NCBI GenBank assembly: GCA_036563615.1
Contig: DATCMB010000006.1
Location: forward strand, 130,149-194,148
From: Candidatus Binatia bacterium
GTDB lineage: Bacteria; Desulfobacterota; Binatia; UBA12015
Reading direction: 5' to 3'
DNA length: 64,000 nucleotides
In this document: in pieces, positions 38,776 through 49,394 of the stretch
Position numbering within the stretch: position 1 is the first letter of the stretch
Layout of the letters: every line of letters begins with the position of its first letter
Made by a program: the position numbers and the translations under genes
Notes under the pieces: model-generated
The model's input: only the letters and a program-made list of their open reading frames with translations
What the model was told of the DNA's origin: nothing
Databases searched by the model: none

Positions 38776-39411
38776 ATGACGACGGATGCCGAAGCCAAGG
38801 AGCTGGTCGTCCAGATCACCAACGAGATGTTCCAGCTCGGTCTACTCACCGCGACCGGCGGCAACGTGTCGGCGAAGTCGTCCGACGGCGAGACCATCTG
38901 GATCACCCCGAGCCGGCTCTACAAGGGCAACCTGCGCGAGGAGGATCTGGTGCGCATCCGCGCGGACGGCTCGGTGGTCGAGGGCGAGCGTCAGCCGTCG
39001 GTCGAGTGGCAGATGCACTTCTCGAGCTACCGTGCGCGCCCGGAGTCGACCGGCGCGCTGCACACGCACGCGCCGATCGCGACCGCGATGGGCATCGTCG
39101 GTCTGCCGTTCCCGCCGATCAATACCGACGCGATCTTTTTGCGCGACACGCAGCTCGTACCGTGGTTCATGCCGGGCTCGAAGGAGCTCGCCGACGCGGT
39201 CGAGGAGGCGATGAAGAAGAGCCGCGGCTGCTTCCTGCAGAACCACGGCCTGATGACCGTCGGCAAGACGCTGCGGGAGGCGGCGACGCGGGCGATGAAC
39301 CTCGAGGAGACCGCGAAGATCGTCCTCTACTGCAAGCAGTTCGGCGGCGAGCTGACGCTGATTCCCGACGAGTGGGTCGAGAGGCTCGCGCCGCTCGCGG
39401 AATTCATCTGA
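38776..39411 (+). CDS. Class II aldolase/adducin-family protein
   Basis: GGNVS, LHTH, and a His-rich metal site typical of FucA/MtnB-like class II aldolases. Confidence 0.8.
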   Translation: MTTDAEAKELVVQITNEMFQLGLLTATGGNVSAKSSDGETIWITPSRLYKGNLREEDLVRIRADGSVVEGERQPSVEWQMHFSSYRARPESTGALHTHAPIATAMGIVGLPFPPINTDAIFLRDTQLVPWFMPGSKELADAVEEAMKKSRGCFLQNHGLMTVGKTLREAATRAMNLEETAKIVLYCKQFGGELTLIPDEWVERLAPLAEFI

Positions 39412-39447
39412 TGAACGAAAGGGCCTCGCAGCGCGGGAGGTAGGCGG

Positions 39448-40227
39448 ATGGCAGAGCTCGAGGGCAAGGTTGCGCTCGTCACCGGCGGCGGCAGCGGCAT
39501 CGGGCTCGCGGCGGCGAAGGCGCTCGCGCGCGCGGGCGCGACCGTCGCGCTCATGGGCCGCGACGGCACGAAGCTCGCGCGTGCGGTGAACGAGATCGGA
39601 ACGCAGCGCGCCTGGGCGGTCGCGGGCGACGTCGGCAGCGAGGACGACGTGCGGCGCGTCGTGAGCTCCATCGTCGACCGCTTCGGACGCCTCGACATCG
39701 GCGTCAACGCGGCCGGCACCGGCTTCATCGCGAGCGTCGTCGAGCAGAGCGCCGAGGACTGGGCGATGACGCTGCGCACGAACCTCGACGGCGCGATGTA
39801 CTGCGTCAAGCATCAGGCGGCGGCGATGATCCAGGGCGGGCACGGCGGCTCGATCGTCAACGTGTCGTCGATCGCCGGCGCGCTGACGCACCGCCTGATG
39901 AGCGCGTACTGCGTCTCGAAGGCGGGCCTCGAGATGCTCACGCGCTGCGCGGCCGACGAGCTCGGTCCGCACCGGATCCGCGTCAACGCGATCCGCCCGG
40001 GCCTCGTCCCGACCGACCTGTCGCGCATCCTCGCCGACCACGAGAAGGTGCGGCACGACTACGAGACCAAGATGCCGCTCGGCCGTCTCGGCACCGTCCA
40101 CGAGGTCGCGGAGGCGATCTTCTTCCTGGCGAGCGACCGCTCGTCGTGGATCACGGGCCAGGTGTTCTCGGTCGACGGCGGGCACACGCTGCGCGGCGGC
40201 CCCGACGTCGGCCTGCTCCTCACGTGA
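39448..40227 (+). CDS. SDR-family oxidoreductase
   Basis: TGGGSGIG, NAAG, and YCVSK catalytic motif. Confidence 0.85.
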   Translation: MAELEGKVALVTGGGSGIGLAAAKALARAGATVALMGRDGTKLARAVNEIGTQRAWAVAGDVGSEDDVRRVVSSIVDRFGRLDIGVNAAGTGFIASVVEQSAEDWAMTLRTNLDGAMYCVKHQAAAMIQGGHGGSIVNVSSIAGALTHRLMSAYCVSKAGLEMLTRCAADELGPHRIRVNAIRPGLVPTDLSRILADHEKVRHDYETKMPLGRLGTVHEVAEAIFFLASDRSSWITGQVFSVDGGHTLRGGPDVGLLLT

Positions 40228-41012
40228 GCTCCGGCGTGCGCTACGAGGTCGGCGCGAACGGCGTCGCGACGCTGACGCTCGATCGCCCCGACAAGCGCAA
40301 CGCCGTCATGCCGCCCGACTGGCGCGCGCTCGAGGAGCACCTGGACGCCGGCGCGGCGGATCCGAACGTGCGCGTCTTCGTCGTCACCGGCGCGAACGGC
40401 ATCTTCTGCTCGGGCGGCGACCTGAAGACGATGGGCGAGCGCCTCGAGCAGTCGCCGGTGCAGCGCTCGCGCGAGCTGCTGCGCATGACGCGCGCGATCC
40501 AGCGCTTCCGCGACACGCCGAAGCCGATCGTCGCCGCGGTCGACGGACCGGCGATTGGCGCCGGCTGCGTGATCGCGCTCGCCTGCGACCTGCGCGTCGC
40601 GAGCGCGTCGGCGACGTTCGCGGTGCCGTTCCTGCGCGTCGGCCTCCAGCCGGATTTCGGCGGCGCGTACTTTCTGCCGCGCCTGATCGGCACGGCGCGC
40701 GCGCTCGAGCTCTTGTGGACGGGCGACGTGCTGTCGGCGGAGGAAGCGGCGCGGCTCGGGCTCGTGAACCGCGTGTTCCCCGACGACACGTTCGCTCGGC
40801 AGGTCGACGACTTCGTCGGGCGCATCGCGCGCAACCCGGCGGGTCCGCTCGCGCTCTCGAAGCTCACCGTCTACCACGGCGCCGAGCAGACGCTGTCCGA
40901 GCTGCTCGACCTCGAAGCGCTCGCGCAGACGGTGCTGTCGAAGTCGGCGGACGCGCAGGAGGGCGTGCGCGCCTTCGTCGAGAAGCGCAAGCCGCGCTTC
41001 ACCGACGCGTGA
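40224..41012 (+). CDS. Enoyl-CoA hydratase/isomerase (crotonase) family protein
   Basis: Crotonase-fold oxyanion-hole segments ([17 protein letters not shown]). The GTG start overlaps the SDR stop (GTGA). Confidence 0.85.
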   Translation: MSSGVRYEVGANGVATLTLDRPDKRNAVMPPDWRALEEHLDAGAADPNVRVFVVTGANGIFCSGGDLKTMGERLEQSPVQRSRELLRMTRAIQRFRDTPKPIVAAVDGPAIGAGCVIALACDLRVASASATFAVPFLRVGLQPDFGGAYFLPRLIGTARALELLWTGDVLSAEEAARLGLVNRVFPDDTFARQVDDFVGRIARNPAGPLALSKLTVYHGAEQTLSELLDLEALAQTVLSKSADAQEGVRAFVEKRKPRFTDA

Positions 41013-41043
41013 TCCACCGGAAGCAGCAGAGCAGGGGGAAATC

Positions 41044-41442
41044 TTGACGGCCAACGGAATCGTCGCGACGGGTGCGGTGCTGGGTGCTCTCGGGGTCGCG
41101 ATCGGCGCGTTCGGCGCGCACGTGCTCGCGGGACGCGTCGCGCCCGAGCAGCTCGCCGTGTTCGAGACCGCGGTGCGCTACCACTTCTACCACGCGCTCG
41201 CGCTGGTGCTGACCGGCGTGCTCGCGTGGCGCGCGTCCATGGGAGGCGTCGCGGTGCCGGCGAGCGGCGGGCTCGCGCTCGCGGCGTGGCTGTTCATCGC
41301 GGGCGTCGTCGTGTTCAGCGGCAGCCTCTACGTTCTGGTCTTGACGGGGCAACGCTGGCTCGGCGCGATCACGCCGCTCGGCGGACTCGCGTTCATCGCG
41401 GGCTGGATCGCGCTCGCGCGCGCGGCGCTCGCCGGGCCGTAG
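41044..41442 (+). CDS. DUF423 (YgdD-like) membrane protein
   Basis: Four TM helices with the GAFGAH...YH..HAL conserved pattern. TTG start. Confidence 0.65.
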   Translation: MTANGIVATGAVLGALGVAIGAFGAHVLAGRVAPEQLAVFETAVRYHFYHALALVLTGVLAWRASMGGVAVPASGGLALAAWLFIAGVVVFSGSLYVLVLTGQRWLGAITPLGGLAFIAGWIALARAALAGP

Positions 41443-41445
41443 GAG

Positions 41446-42231
41446 GTGCGCGGGATCGCGCTCCTCGTCGGCGTGTGCCTGGCGATGAGCCTCGTCGCGC
41501 GCCCGGCCGCGGCCGCCGACGACACACCTTACGCACGCTTGCTCGCGAAGCACCTGCGGCCGGGGACGGTCGATGGCGTGCGCTCGATGCTGGTCGACTA
41601 CCGCGCGCTCGCGGCCGATCCGGACTACCAGGCGGCGCTGCGCAACCTCGCGAGCGCCGACCCCGAGGCGCTCGCGACCGACGCCGAGCGCTTCGCGTTC
41701 TGGGTCAACGCGTACAACCTGCTCGCGATCGAGACGGTCGTCGATCGCTACCCGATCGCCTCGATCAAGGACGCGGGCAGCTTTCTCTTTCCGGTCTGGA
41801 AGCGGAAGGTCGGCACGGTCGGCGGACGCGCGATGTCGCTCGACGAGATCGAGCACGGCATCCTGCGCAAGCGCTTCCGCGAGCCGCGCGTGCACTTCGC
41901 GATCGTCTGCGCGTCGCTGTCGTGCCCCGACCTGCGCGCCGAGCCCTACGTCGCCGAGCGCCTCGACGCGCAGCTCGCGGAGCAGACGAGCGCCTTTCTC
42001 GGCAATCCGACGAAGGGGCTCGTTCCGGGCGAGGACGGCCGCAGCGCGCGCGTGTCGTCGATCTTCAGGTGGTTCGCGGACGACTTCGCGGATGCGGGCG
42101 GGGTCGCGGCCTTCGTGCGCGCGCACGCGCCGAGCGCGGTCGCGGCGCGCATCGCCGGGCTCGACGACGCGGGGCTCACGTACCTCGACTACGACTGGAG
42201 CCTGAACGACGCGGCGCGCGCCGCGCCGTGA
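41446..42231 (+). CDS. DUF547 domain protein (secreted)
   Basis: Signal peptide plus the DUF547 pattern (FWVNAYN...HFAIVCAS.SCP). 3-nt gap after the DUF423 gene. Confidence 0.7.
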   Translation: MRGIALLVGVCLAMSLVARPAAAADDTPYARLLAKHLRPGTVDGVRSMLVDYRALAADPDYQAALRNLASADPEALATDAERFAFWVNAYNLLAIETVVDRYPIASIKDAGSFLFPVWKRKVGTVGGRAMSLDEIEHGILRKRFREPRVHFAIVCASLSCPDLRAEPYVAERLDAQLAEQTSAFLGNPTKGLVPGEDGRSARVSSIFRWFADDFADAGGVAAFVRAHAPSAVAARIAGLDDAGLTYLDYDWSLNDAARAAP

Positions 42232-42306
42232 CGCATCGGCTGAACGCGCGAGCGGAGCGACGCGCAGCGCCCCGCGGACGCGCCGACGCGGCGCGCAGCC
42301 GCCGCG

Positions 42307-43491
42307 TCAGACCGCCTCGAACGGGACGCTCTCGAACCCGTGCACGTTGCTCATGTGCACGCGCACGCAGCGCGCCTCGTCGACCCTGTAGCGCGGGAAG
42401 CGACGGCTGAACTCCTCGAGCGCGACCCGGCTCTCGAGCCGCGCGAGCGAGGCGCCGAGGCAGAAGTGCACGCCCTGCCCGAAGCCGAGCGCGATCGGGA
42501 TCTTGCGCTCGATGTCGAAGCGGTCCGGGTCGGGGAACTCGCGCTCGTCGCGGTTCGCCGACCCCGTCAAGAGCAGGATGCGCGCGCCCTGCGGGACGGT
42601 CGTACCGTACCACTCGACGTCGCGCGTCGTGACGCGGCCCTGGTACTGCGACGGCGAGGTGTAGCGCAGCACCTCCTCGACCGCATTCGGGATGCGCTGG
42701 GGGCTCTCGAGGATCTTCTCGTACTGGTCGCGGTGCCGGGCGAAGAGCACGGCCGCGTTGGCGAGCAGCTTGGTGACGGTCTCGTTGCCCGCCGCGCCGA
42801 TCAGCGTGCAGAAGCCGACCACCTCGCCGTCGGTGAGCCGCGTGCGCGAGCCGTCGTCGGTCTCGATCTCCGCCTCGAGCAGCGCGCTGATCAGGCCCTC
42901 GTTCGGCTTCTTGCGCAGCTCGGCGACCAGACGGTCCCAGTAGTCCTGCATCGCGATCATCGCCTCGATCGCGTGCGGCGGGATGTCCGGCGTGTCGCGC
43001 GAGCGCTCGAGCGACGCGTCCATCTGCTTGCGCAGCCAGACGCGGTCGCCCTCGGGCACGCCGAGCATCGTGAAGATCATCGCCATCGGCAGCGGCGCCG
43101 ACAGATCCTTGACGAAGTCGCCGCCGCCCTGACGGACCAACGGCTCGAGCAAACGGACGACGGTCTCGCGCGCGAACGGCTCGAGCTCCGCGATCCGCCG
43201 CGGCGTGAACGCGCGGTTCACGAGCTTGCGCAGACGGTCGTGGCGCGGCGGGTCGGTGAAGATCATCATCGGCCGCTCGCCGAACACCGCGCCGTCGATG
43301 CGCTCGACCGTCGTCCCCTGCGCCGAGCTGTAGGTTTGCCAGTCGTGCGACGCGTCGAGCACGTCGCGGAAGCGCGACAGCGCCCAGAAGTCGAGCTTGT
43401 CGTTGCGGTAGAGCGGCGCGTGGTCGCGCAGCCAGCGGTAGGTCGGGTACGGGTCCTCGTGGAACTCGTGCGAGAAGGGGTTCAGCTCCAT
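42307..43491 (-). CDS. Cytochrome P450
   Basis: AGNETV (I-helix), EEVLR (K-helix), and the heme-binding loop FGQGVHFCLGASLAR. Confidence 0.9.
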   Translation of the reverse strand: MELNPFSHEFHEDPYPTYRWLRDHAPLYRNDKLDFWALSRFRDVLDASHDWQTYSSAQGTTVERIDGAVFGERPMMIFTDPPRHDRLRKLVNRAFTPRRIAELEPFARETVVRLLEPLVRQGGGDFVKDLSAPLPMAMIFTMLGVPEGDRVWLRKQMDASLERSRDTPDIPPHAIEAMIAMQDYWDRLVAELRKKPNEGLISALLEAEIETDDGSRTRLTDGEVVGFCTLIGAAGNETVTKLLANAAVLFARHRDQYEKILESPQRIPNAVEEVLRYTSPSQYQGRVTTRDVEWYGTTVPQGARILLLTGSANRDEREFPDPDRFDIERKIPIALGFGQGVHFCLGASLARLESRVALEEFSRRFPRYRVDEARCVRVHMSNVHGFESVPFEAV

Positions 43492-43508
43492 GCGCCGCCT
43501 GGACTCGC

Positions 43509-44303
43509 TCAGCCGAGGAAGCTCGTCACCGCGCGGTGGAACTCGTCCGGCTTCTCGAATGGGATCAGGTGCCCGCACTGCGGGATGATCTCGACCTTCG
43601 CGTCGGGGATCAGGCGCGCGAACTCGTGCGCGTAGTCGACCGGCACGAGGCGGTCGCCCTCGCCCCACAGCACGAGCGTCTTTGCCTTGACGCGCGGCAA
43701 GAGGCTCGCGAGCCGCGGGTCGTGCAGCAGCGGGTTCCAGCCGATCTTCGCGGTCGCCGCGAAGCCGTTCATGATGTCGACCAGCATCTCGTCCGGCAGC
43801 GACATGTCGGCCGGGTTCGGCATCATCTGCGCCGCCGGGCACTCGATGTCCCAGAACAGGACGCGCTTGACGCGCTCGGGGAAGCGGCTGTCGAGCGCGA
43901 AGATGTCGGTGATCGGCTTGTGGCGCAGCCAGATGCCGCAGGACGCGGCGAGCACGAGCTTCGAGACCCGCTCGGGGTAGCGCGCCGCGATCTCGGCCGC
44001 GATCCAGCCGCCGAGCGAGAGCCCGATCACGTCGACCGAGTCCCAGCCCTGCTGGTCCATGTAGGCGAGGTAGTGGAAGACGAGGTCCTCGATGTCGCGG
44101 ATCTGCTCGATGCCCTGCGAGGAGAGGAAGCCGGGGTGCGCGGGCGCGTGCAGCTCGCGCGTCTCGGCGAGGCGCTGGAGGTGCGGCATCCACACCGCCT
44201 CGCCCATCGCGCTGTGCAGGTAGAGCAGCGGGCGTCCCGTGCCGCCGCGCAGCTCGTGGATCTTTCGTCCGAGAACCTCGATCTGGGTGACCGTCTGCTC
44301 CAT
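43509..44303 (-). CDS. Alpha/beta-fold hydrolase
   Basis: HSAMGE, GLSLGG nucleophile elbow, and a C-terminal GH. 17-nt gap to the P450 gene. Confidence 0.8.
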   Translation of the reverse strand: MEQTVTQIEVLGRKIHELRGGTGRPLLYLHSAMGEAVWMPHLQRLAETRELHAPAHPGFLSSQGIEQIRDIEDLVFHYLAYMDQQGWDSVDVIGLSLGGWIAAEIAARYPERVSKLVLAASCGIWLRHKPITDIFALDSRFPERVKRVLFWDIECPAAQMMPNPADMSLPDEMLVDIMNGFAATAKIGWNPLLHDPRLASLLPRVKAKTLVLWGEGDRLVPVDYAHEFARLIPDAKVEIIPQCGHLIPFEKPDEFHRAVTSFLG

Positions 44304-44441
44304 CGCTCGTTGGTCCTGAATCTCTTGGAGGGGCTCGCGCCCGTCGCCCGGCGCGGGGACGCGCGCCGGGCCGATGTCGTTGCGCGCGACCCGCACGGCC
44401 GCGGGCCGCGCGCGCGGATGTTCGTCAAGTGCGGCGCGCCG

Positions 44442-45638
44442 TCAGGCGGCGCGCGGGAACGGAATCGGAGTGGGCACCGGCTCGGCCGGCGTCGGCAGCT
44501 CGCGGTCGAGGATCGGCTTCACCTCGGTCGCGTAGCGGCGCGCGTTCTCGAGCGCCTTCTCGTGCGGCATGTCGCCGAGGTGGAAGAGCCCGAGCAGGTT
44601 GCCGCAGCCGATCTCCTTGCACCACTCGGTGAGCTTCTGCGCGACCGTCTTGGCGCTGCCGACCACCGCGAAGCCGCCGCGCTCGACGTCGTCCCAGGTC
44701 TCGCAGGAGTTGATGAAGGTCTTGCCGTCCTGCAGCGCCTTGAAGATGCGCAGGGCGGAGCGCACCGAGGTGTAGCCCGGCGGCGACAGCGTCAGACCCG
44801 GGATCAGGTTCTTCTGGAAGTACCAGAAGTGCTTCTCGAACTCCTCGCGCGCCTTCGCGTCGGTCTCGCCGACGTAGATCGGCATCAGGAGACCCATCTG
44901 CTCGGGGTGGGCCTTGTAGCCCTCCTTCTCGCAGATCTCCTTGAACATCGCGTAGTTCTTGATGAAGAAGTCAATCCTAAAGTAGGGGATGCCCATGTAG
45001 GCGTAGCGGCGCTTGGCGACGAACTCCATGGTCTCGATCGAGCCCGCGCCGGGGATCCAGATCGGTGGGTGCGGCTTCTGCAGCGGCTTCGGCCAGACGT
45101 TGACGTAGCGCAGCTTGAAGTGCTCGCCGTAGTGCTCGAACGGGCCTGGCTCCGTCCAGGCGCGCATGATGATCTCGTGCGCTTCGGCGAACCGCGTACG
45201 CGCCTCGGCGGGGTTGATCGAGAACGAGAAGTACTCCGGACCGCCGCCGATCACCTGCCCCGAGATGATGCGCCCGCCGGAGATGCAGTCGAGCATCGCG
45301 ATCTCCTCGGCGACGCGCGTCGGCGGGTCGTAGAGCGGCAGCGCGTTGCCGACCACCGCGATGCGGATCTTCTTGGTGCGCATCACGAGCATCGACGCGA
45401 TGATGTTCGGCGACGGCATCAGCCCGTACGCGTTCTGATGGTGCTCGTTGACGCACACGCCGTCGAAGCCCATGTCTTCGGCGGCGGCGAGCTGGTCGAT
45501 GTAGTCGTTGTACGCGCCCTGCATCACCTGCGGGTCGAACAGCTCGTTCGGCGCCCACACCCAGGCCGACTCGTGCTTCTGCGCGAAGTCGGCGGGCAGC
45601 TTCGGGTAGGGCATGAGGTGAAAGAGAAAGTGCTTCAT
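44442..45638 (-). CDS. LLM-class (luciferase-like) flavin-dependent monooxygenase
   Basis: TIM-barrel LLM pattern (VNEHH, GGRII). AGGAGA Shine-Dalgarno sits before the ATG. Confidence 0.85.
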   Translation of the reverse strand: MKHFLFHLMPYPKLPADFAQKHESAWVWAPNELFDPQVMQGAYNDYIDQLAAAEDMGFDGVCVNEHHQNAYGLMPSPNIIASMLVMRTKKIRIAVVGNALPLYDPPTRVAEEIAMLDCISGGRIISGQVIGGGPEYFSFSINPAEARTRFAEAHEIIMRAWTEPGPFEHYGEHFKLRYVNVWPKPLQKPHPPIWIPGAGSIETMEFVAKRRYAYMGIPYFRIDFFIKNYAMFKEICEKEGYKAHPEQMGLLMPIYVGETDAKAREEFEKHFWYFQKNLIPGLTLSPPGYTSVRSALRIFKALQDGKTFINSCETWDDVERGGFAVVGSAKTVAQKLTEWCKEIGCGNLLGLFHLGDMPHEKALENARRYATEVKPILDRELPTPAEPVPTPIPFPRAA

Positions 45639-46276
45639 GCGGATCTCCTTCGCGTCGCTCCCGTGCGGTCGCGGGCGCCGCGCAGGGCGAAGTTGGTGCA
45701 GAACGTCGCAGCTTCCTCCGGATCGAGCTTGCCGCGCGCGAGCATCCGGCGCGCGACCATGAGGCCCATGCCGACCATCGCGGTCGCGACCAGGTCGGGG
45801 TCGTCGCCGCCGAGCGCGCCTTCTTGCGCGTCGGGCAGCAGGTCCTCGCGCAGCTCCTCGATCGAGAGGCGCAGGTTGCTCGACGCCTGATCGCCGCGCG
45901 CCCACAGCAGGCGCTCGAGCACGTCGTACAGCGGGCGCTCGTCGACGACGAACTGGAAGTAGGCGAGGTAGGCGAGGCGGATGCGCTCAGCGAACGGCAC
46001 GCGCCGGTCGCGACGCACCGCGCGCAGGCGCTCGCGCAGCCCCGCCCACGCCTCGTCGGCGACCGCGGCGAACACCTCCTCCTTGTCGCGGAAGTACTCG
46101 TAGAAGGTGCCGACGGAGAGGTCGGTCGTGCGCACGATGTCGCGCACCGTCGCGGCGTCGTAGCCGAGCTCGCCGAACACGCGGCGCGCGGCGGCGAGGA
46201 TCGCGGCGCGGTTGCGCGCCTTGGTCTGCTCGCGCTTGCCGAGGGGCAGCGCGGCGATGGTGCGGCGGGCCGGCAT
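45635..46276 (-). CDS. TetR/AcrR-family transcriptional regulator
   Basis: N-terminal TetR HTH (AATVRDIVRTTDLSVGTFYEYF). Its stop overlaps the LLM start. Confidence 0.8.
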   Translation of the reverse strand: MPARRTIAALPLGKREQTKARNRAAILAAARRVFGELGYDAATVRDIVRTTDLSVGTFYEYFRDKEEVFAAVADEAWAGLRERLRAVRRDRRVPFAERIRLAYLAYFQFVVDERPLYDVLERLLWARGDQASSNLRLSIEELREDLLPDAQEGALGGDDPDLVATAMVGMGLMVARRMLARGKLDPEEAATFCTNFALRGARDRTGATRRRSA

Positions 46277-46392
46277 GACGAAGTCGACGCTAGCGTCGAC
46301 TTCGACGACGAGTCAATCACGCGACGCGTCGACGCGCCGCGAGCACGACGCCACGCGGCGCAGGGCCGGGAGCAGCTCGGCGCGCTCCGCGC

Positions 46393-47673
46393 TCAGCGCT
46401 CGACGAAGTCGAGATCCTTCGCGAACGTCTCGTCGAGCAGCGCGAGGCTCACGAACGCGACCACGATCGCGAACGTGCCCACCGAGATCCCGCTGCCGAT
46501 CACGCCGAGCGTCGGCGTCAGCGCCTGGAACGCGGACGTCAGCAGCACGACCGCGCCGCGCACGAAGTTCGGCGCGCTCGTGGTCGCGGTCGCGCGCACG
46601 TTGGTGCCGAACTGCTCGGACGCCATCGTGACGAACACCGCCCAGTAGCCGGTCGCGAAGCCGAGCAGGCCGCACACCGCGTAGAACACGACCAGCGAGC
46701 TCGCGGCGACGGTGAAGTACACGCCGACGCAGAGCGCGGTCAGCGTCAAGAAGGTGCGCACGATGCGCTTGCGGCTGCGCAGCATCTGGCTCGCGAAGCC
46801 GCTCGCGAGGTCGCCCGCCGCAAGCCCGATGTACGCGAACATCACCGCGCGTCCGGCCGACGGCACCTCGTTCATCCCCATCGCGCGACCGAACTCCGGC
46901 GAGAAGGTGACGAGGATGCCGACGACGTACCAGATCGGCACGCCGATCAGGATGACGCACAGGTAGCGCCGCGCGCGGTCGCGGGTCGCGAACAGCGACA
47001 GGAAGCTGCCGCGGCGCACGTCCTGCCGCTTCACCTGCTCGAACATCCCGGACTCGTAGACGCCGACCCGCAGGAGCAGCAGCAGGATGCCGAGCCCGCC
47101 GCCGACGAAGTACGCCGTGCGCCAGTCGAAGAGGTCGCCGACCAGCGCCGCGACCACGGCGCCGAAGATGCCGATCGTGGCGATGAGCGTCGTCCCGTAG
47201 CCGCGCGTCTCGCGTCCCATGAGCTCGCTGACGAGCGTCACGCCCGCGCCGAGCTCGCCCGCGAGGCCGATGCCGGCGACGAGACGCAGCACGGCGTAGG
47301 TCGGCACGTCGTGCACGAAGCCGTTGGCGATGTTCGCGACGGAATAGAGGAAGATCGAGCCGAACAGCACCGACAGGCGGCCGCGCTTGTCGCCGAGCAC
47401 GCCCCAGAGGACGCCGCCGACCAGCATGCCGCCCATCTGCATGTTGAGCAGCAGCACGCCGGTGCCGAGCAGATCCTCCTCCGCGACGCCGATGCCGCGC
47501 AGGCTCGAGACGCGGACGATGCTGAAGAGGATCAGGTCGTAGATGTCGACGAAGTAGCCGAGCGCGGCCACGAGGACCGCCATGGCGACGGCCCGCGGTC
47601 GGTCGTGCTCGGCCGCGAGAGCGGCGTCGCCGTGCGCCGATGCCGCGCTGGTGCTGTGCCTCATCTTTCGCAC
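46393..47673 (-). CDS. MFS transporter
   Basis: 12 TM helices and MFS loop motifs (GDKRGR). Confidence 0.8.
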   Translation of the reverse strand: MRKMRHSTSAASAHGDAALAAEHDRPRAVAMAVLVAALGYFVDIYDLILFSIVRVSSLRGIGVAEEDLLGTGVLLLNMQMGGMLVGGVLWGVLGDKRGRLSVLFGSIFLYSVANIANGFVHDVPTYAVLRLVAGIGLAGELGAGVTLVSELMGRETRGYGTTLIATIGIFGAVVAALVGDLFDWRTAYFVGGGLGILLLLLRVGVYESGMFEQVKRQDVRRGSFLSLFATRDRARRYLCVILIGVPIWYVVGILVTFSPEFGRAMGMNEVPSAGRAVMFAYIGLAAGDLASGFASQMLRSRKRIVRTFLTLTALCVGVYFTVAASSLVVFYAVCGLLGFATGYWAVFVTMASEQFGTNVRATATTSAPNFVRGAVVLLTSAFQALTPTLGVIGSGISVGTFAIVVAFVSLALLDETFAKDLDFVER

Positions 47674-47744
47674 TTTCGATCGTCCGGGACGCGTCCTTTA
47701 GCACGAACCGGCGGCGCCGCTGTGCTAGATCAGCGCGGAGAGCC

Positions 47745-49109
47745 ATGGGACGCGACGATCTCGACCGCCTCGACCGCGCCCACCTGGTGCACGGCTTCGG
47801 CTCGCCGGCCGTCACCGAGCGCGACGGCACGCTGCGCCTGGTCAAGGGCCGCGGCGTCTGGGTGTGGGACGCCGCCGGGCGCCGCTACCTCGATGCCGTC
47901 GCCTCGCTGTGGAACGTCAACGTCGGCCACGGCCGCGCCGAGATCGGACGCGCGATGGCCAAGCAGGCCTCGACGCTCGAGTACGCGCCGACGCTGCTCG
48001 GCTTCTCGAGCGAGCCCGCGATCGCGCTCGCGGCGCGCATCGCGCGCATGACGCCGCCCGGGCTCGAGCACGTCTTCTTCACCTCGGGCGGATCGGAGTC
48101 GAACGAGAGCGTCATCCGGCTCGCGCGCCTCTACTGGCGGCTGCGCGGACGTCCCGAGAAGATCGGGATCGTCGCGCTGTCGCGCGCCTACCACGGCTCG
48201 TCGACGGGCGCCGCGAGCCTGACCGGGCTCGAGGCCTTCCACCGCGGCTACGAGCCGATGCTGCCCGACGTGCGGCGGATGGCGCGGCCGTACTGCTACC
48301 GCTGCGAGCTCGGCAAGACGTACCCGGCGTGCGACCTCGACTGCGCGAGCGAGCTCGAGCGGCTCGTCGCGCGCGAGGGCGCCGAGCGCATCGGCGCCTG
48401 CATCGTCGAGCCGGTGCAGGGCGTCGGCGGCGTGATCGTGCCGCCGCCGGGCTGGCTCGAGCGGCTGCGCGCGATCTGCGACCGGCACGAGATCCTGCTG
48501 GTCGCGGACGAGGTCATCACCGGCTTCGGCCGCACCGGCAAGGCGTTCGCCGTGCAGCACGGCGCGGCGGTGCCCGACATGCTGGTGTTCGCGAAGGGCG
48601 TCACCAGCGGCTACGCGCCGCTCGGCGGCGTCGTGCTGCACGAGCGGGTCTACCGCACGCTGGTCGAGGCGGGGCCCGACTTCACGCTGCACCACGGCTT
48701 CACCTACTCGGGCCATCCCGTCGCCTGCGCCGCCGGGCTCGCGAACCTCGACATCATCGAGCGCGAGAAGCTGATCCCGGCGGTGCGACGTCTCGGCACG
48801 TACCTGCGTCGGCGGCTCGCGCGCCTCGAGCGTCACGACATCGTCGGCGAGGTGCGCTCGATCGGCCTCATGGCGGCGATCGACCTGGTGCGCGACCGCA
48901 CGACGCGCGCGCCGTTCCCCGAGGCGGAGAAGGTGCCGTGGCGGATCCGTCGAGCAGCGCTCGAGCGCGGCGTCATCGTGCGCGCCGGCGGCGACACGAT
49001 CGCGCTCTGCCCGCCGTTCGTCGTCACCGCGGAACAGATCGACCAGATCGTCGACGTCCTGGACCAGGCGATCGCGAGCGTCGCGACGTCGCTCGCGGCC
49101 GCAGCGTAG
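47745..49109 (+). CDS. Class III (omega) aminotransferase, PLP-dependent
   Basis: GRGVWVWDAAGRRYLD, TSGGSESNE, DEVITGFGRTG, and a Lys region (VFAKG) typical of omega-aminotransferases. Confidence 0.9.
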   Translation: MGRDDLDRLDRAHLVHGFGSPAVTERDGTLRLVKGRGVWVWDAAGRRYLDAVASLWNVNVGHGRAEIGRAMAKQASTLEYAPTLLGFSSEPAIALAARIARMTPPGLEHVFFTSGGSESNESVIRLARLYWRLRGRPEKIGIVALSRAYHGSSTGAASLTGLEAFHRGYEPMLPDVRRMARPYCYRCELGKTYPACDLDCASELERLVAREGAERIGACIVEPVQGVGGVIVPPPGWLERLRAICDRHEILLVADEVITGFGRTGKAFAVQHGAAVPDMLVFAKGVTSGYAPLGGVVLHERVYRTLVEAGPDFTLHHGFTYSGHPVACAAGLANLDIIEREKLIPAVRRLGTYLRRRLARLERHDIVGEVRSIGLMAAIDLVRDRTTRAPFPEAEKVPWRIRRAALERGVIVRAGGDTIALCPPFVVTAEQIDQIVDVLDQAIASVATSLAAAA

Positions 49110-49115
49110 GAAGCC

Positions 49116-49382
49116 ATGCTGCCGATCCTCGGTGTTCTTCTGCTCCTCTACTGCGTGTGGCGCGAGGGCAATCCGTACGGGATCGCGCTGCTCGCGGCCG
49201 GCGTCATGCTGCAGGTGATGCTCGCGCTGCGCTTCGCGCGCGCCACCCGCGGCGGCGTCGGCGGACACGCGGAGTGGGTGCGCGACGTCTCGCAGCGTCC
49301 GCGTCTCGAGCGCAATCCGGGCTGGCTGCTCGGCTCCGCGCTGGTCGCGATCGGCGCCGCGATCGCGCTGTTCACGCGCTGA
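49116..49382 (+). CDS. Small hypothetical membrane protein (88 aa, 2-3 TM)
   Basis: Hydrophobic helices. Tightly packed between the aminotransferase gene (6-nt gap) and the GH36-like gene (12-nt gap). Confidence 0.4.
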   Translation: MLPILGVLLLLYCVWREGNPYGIALLAAGVMLQVMLALRFARATRGGVGGHAEWVRDVSQRPRLERNPGWLLGSALVAIGAAIALFTR

Positions 49383-49394
49383 GCGGGCGACGCG

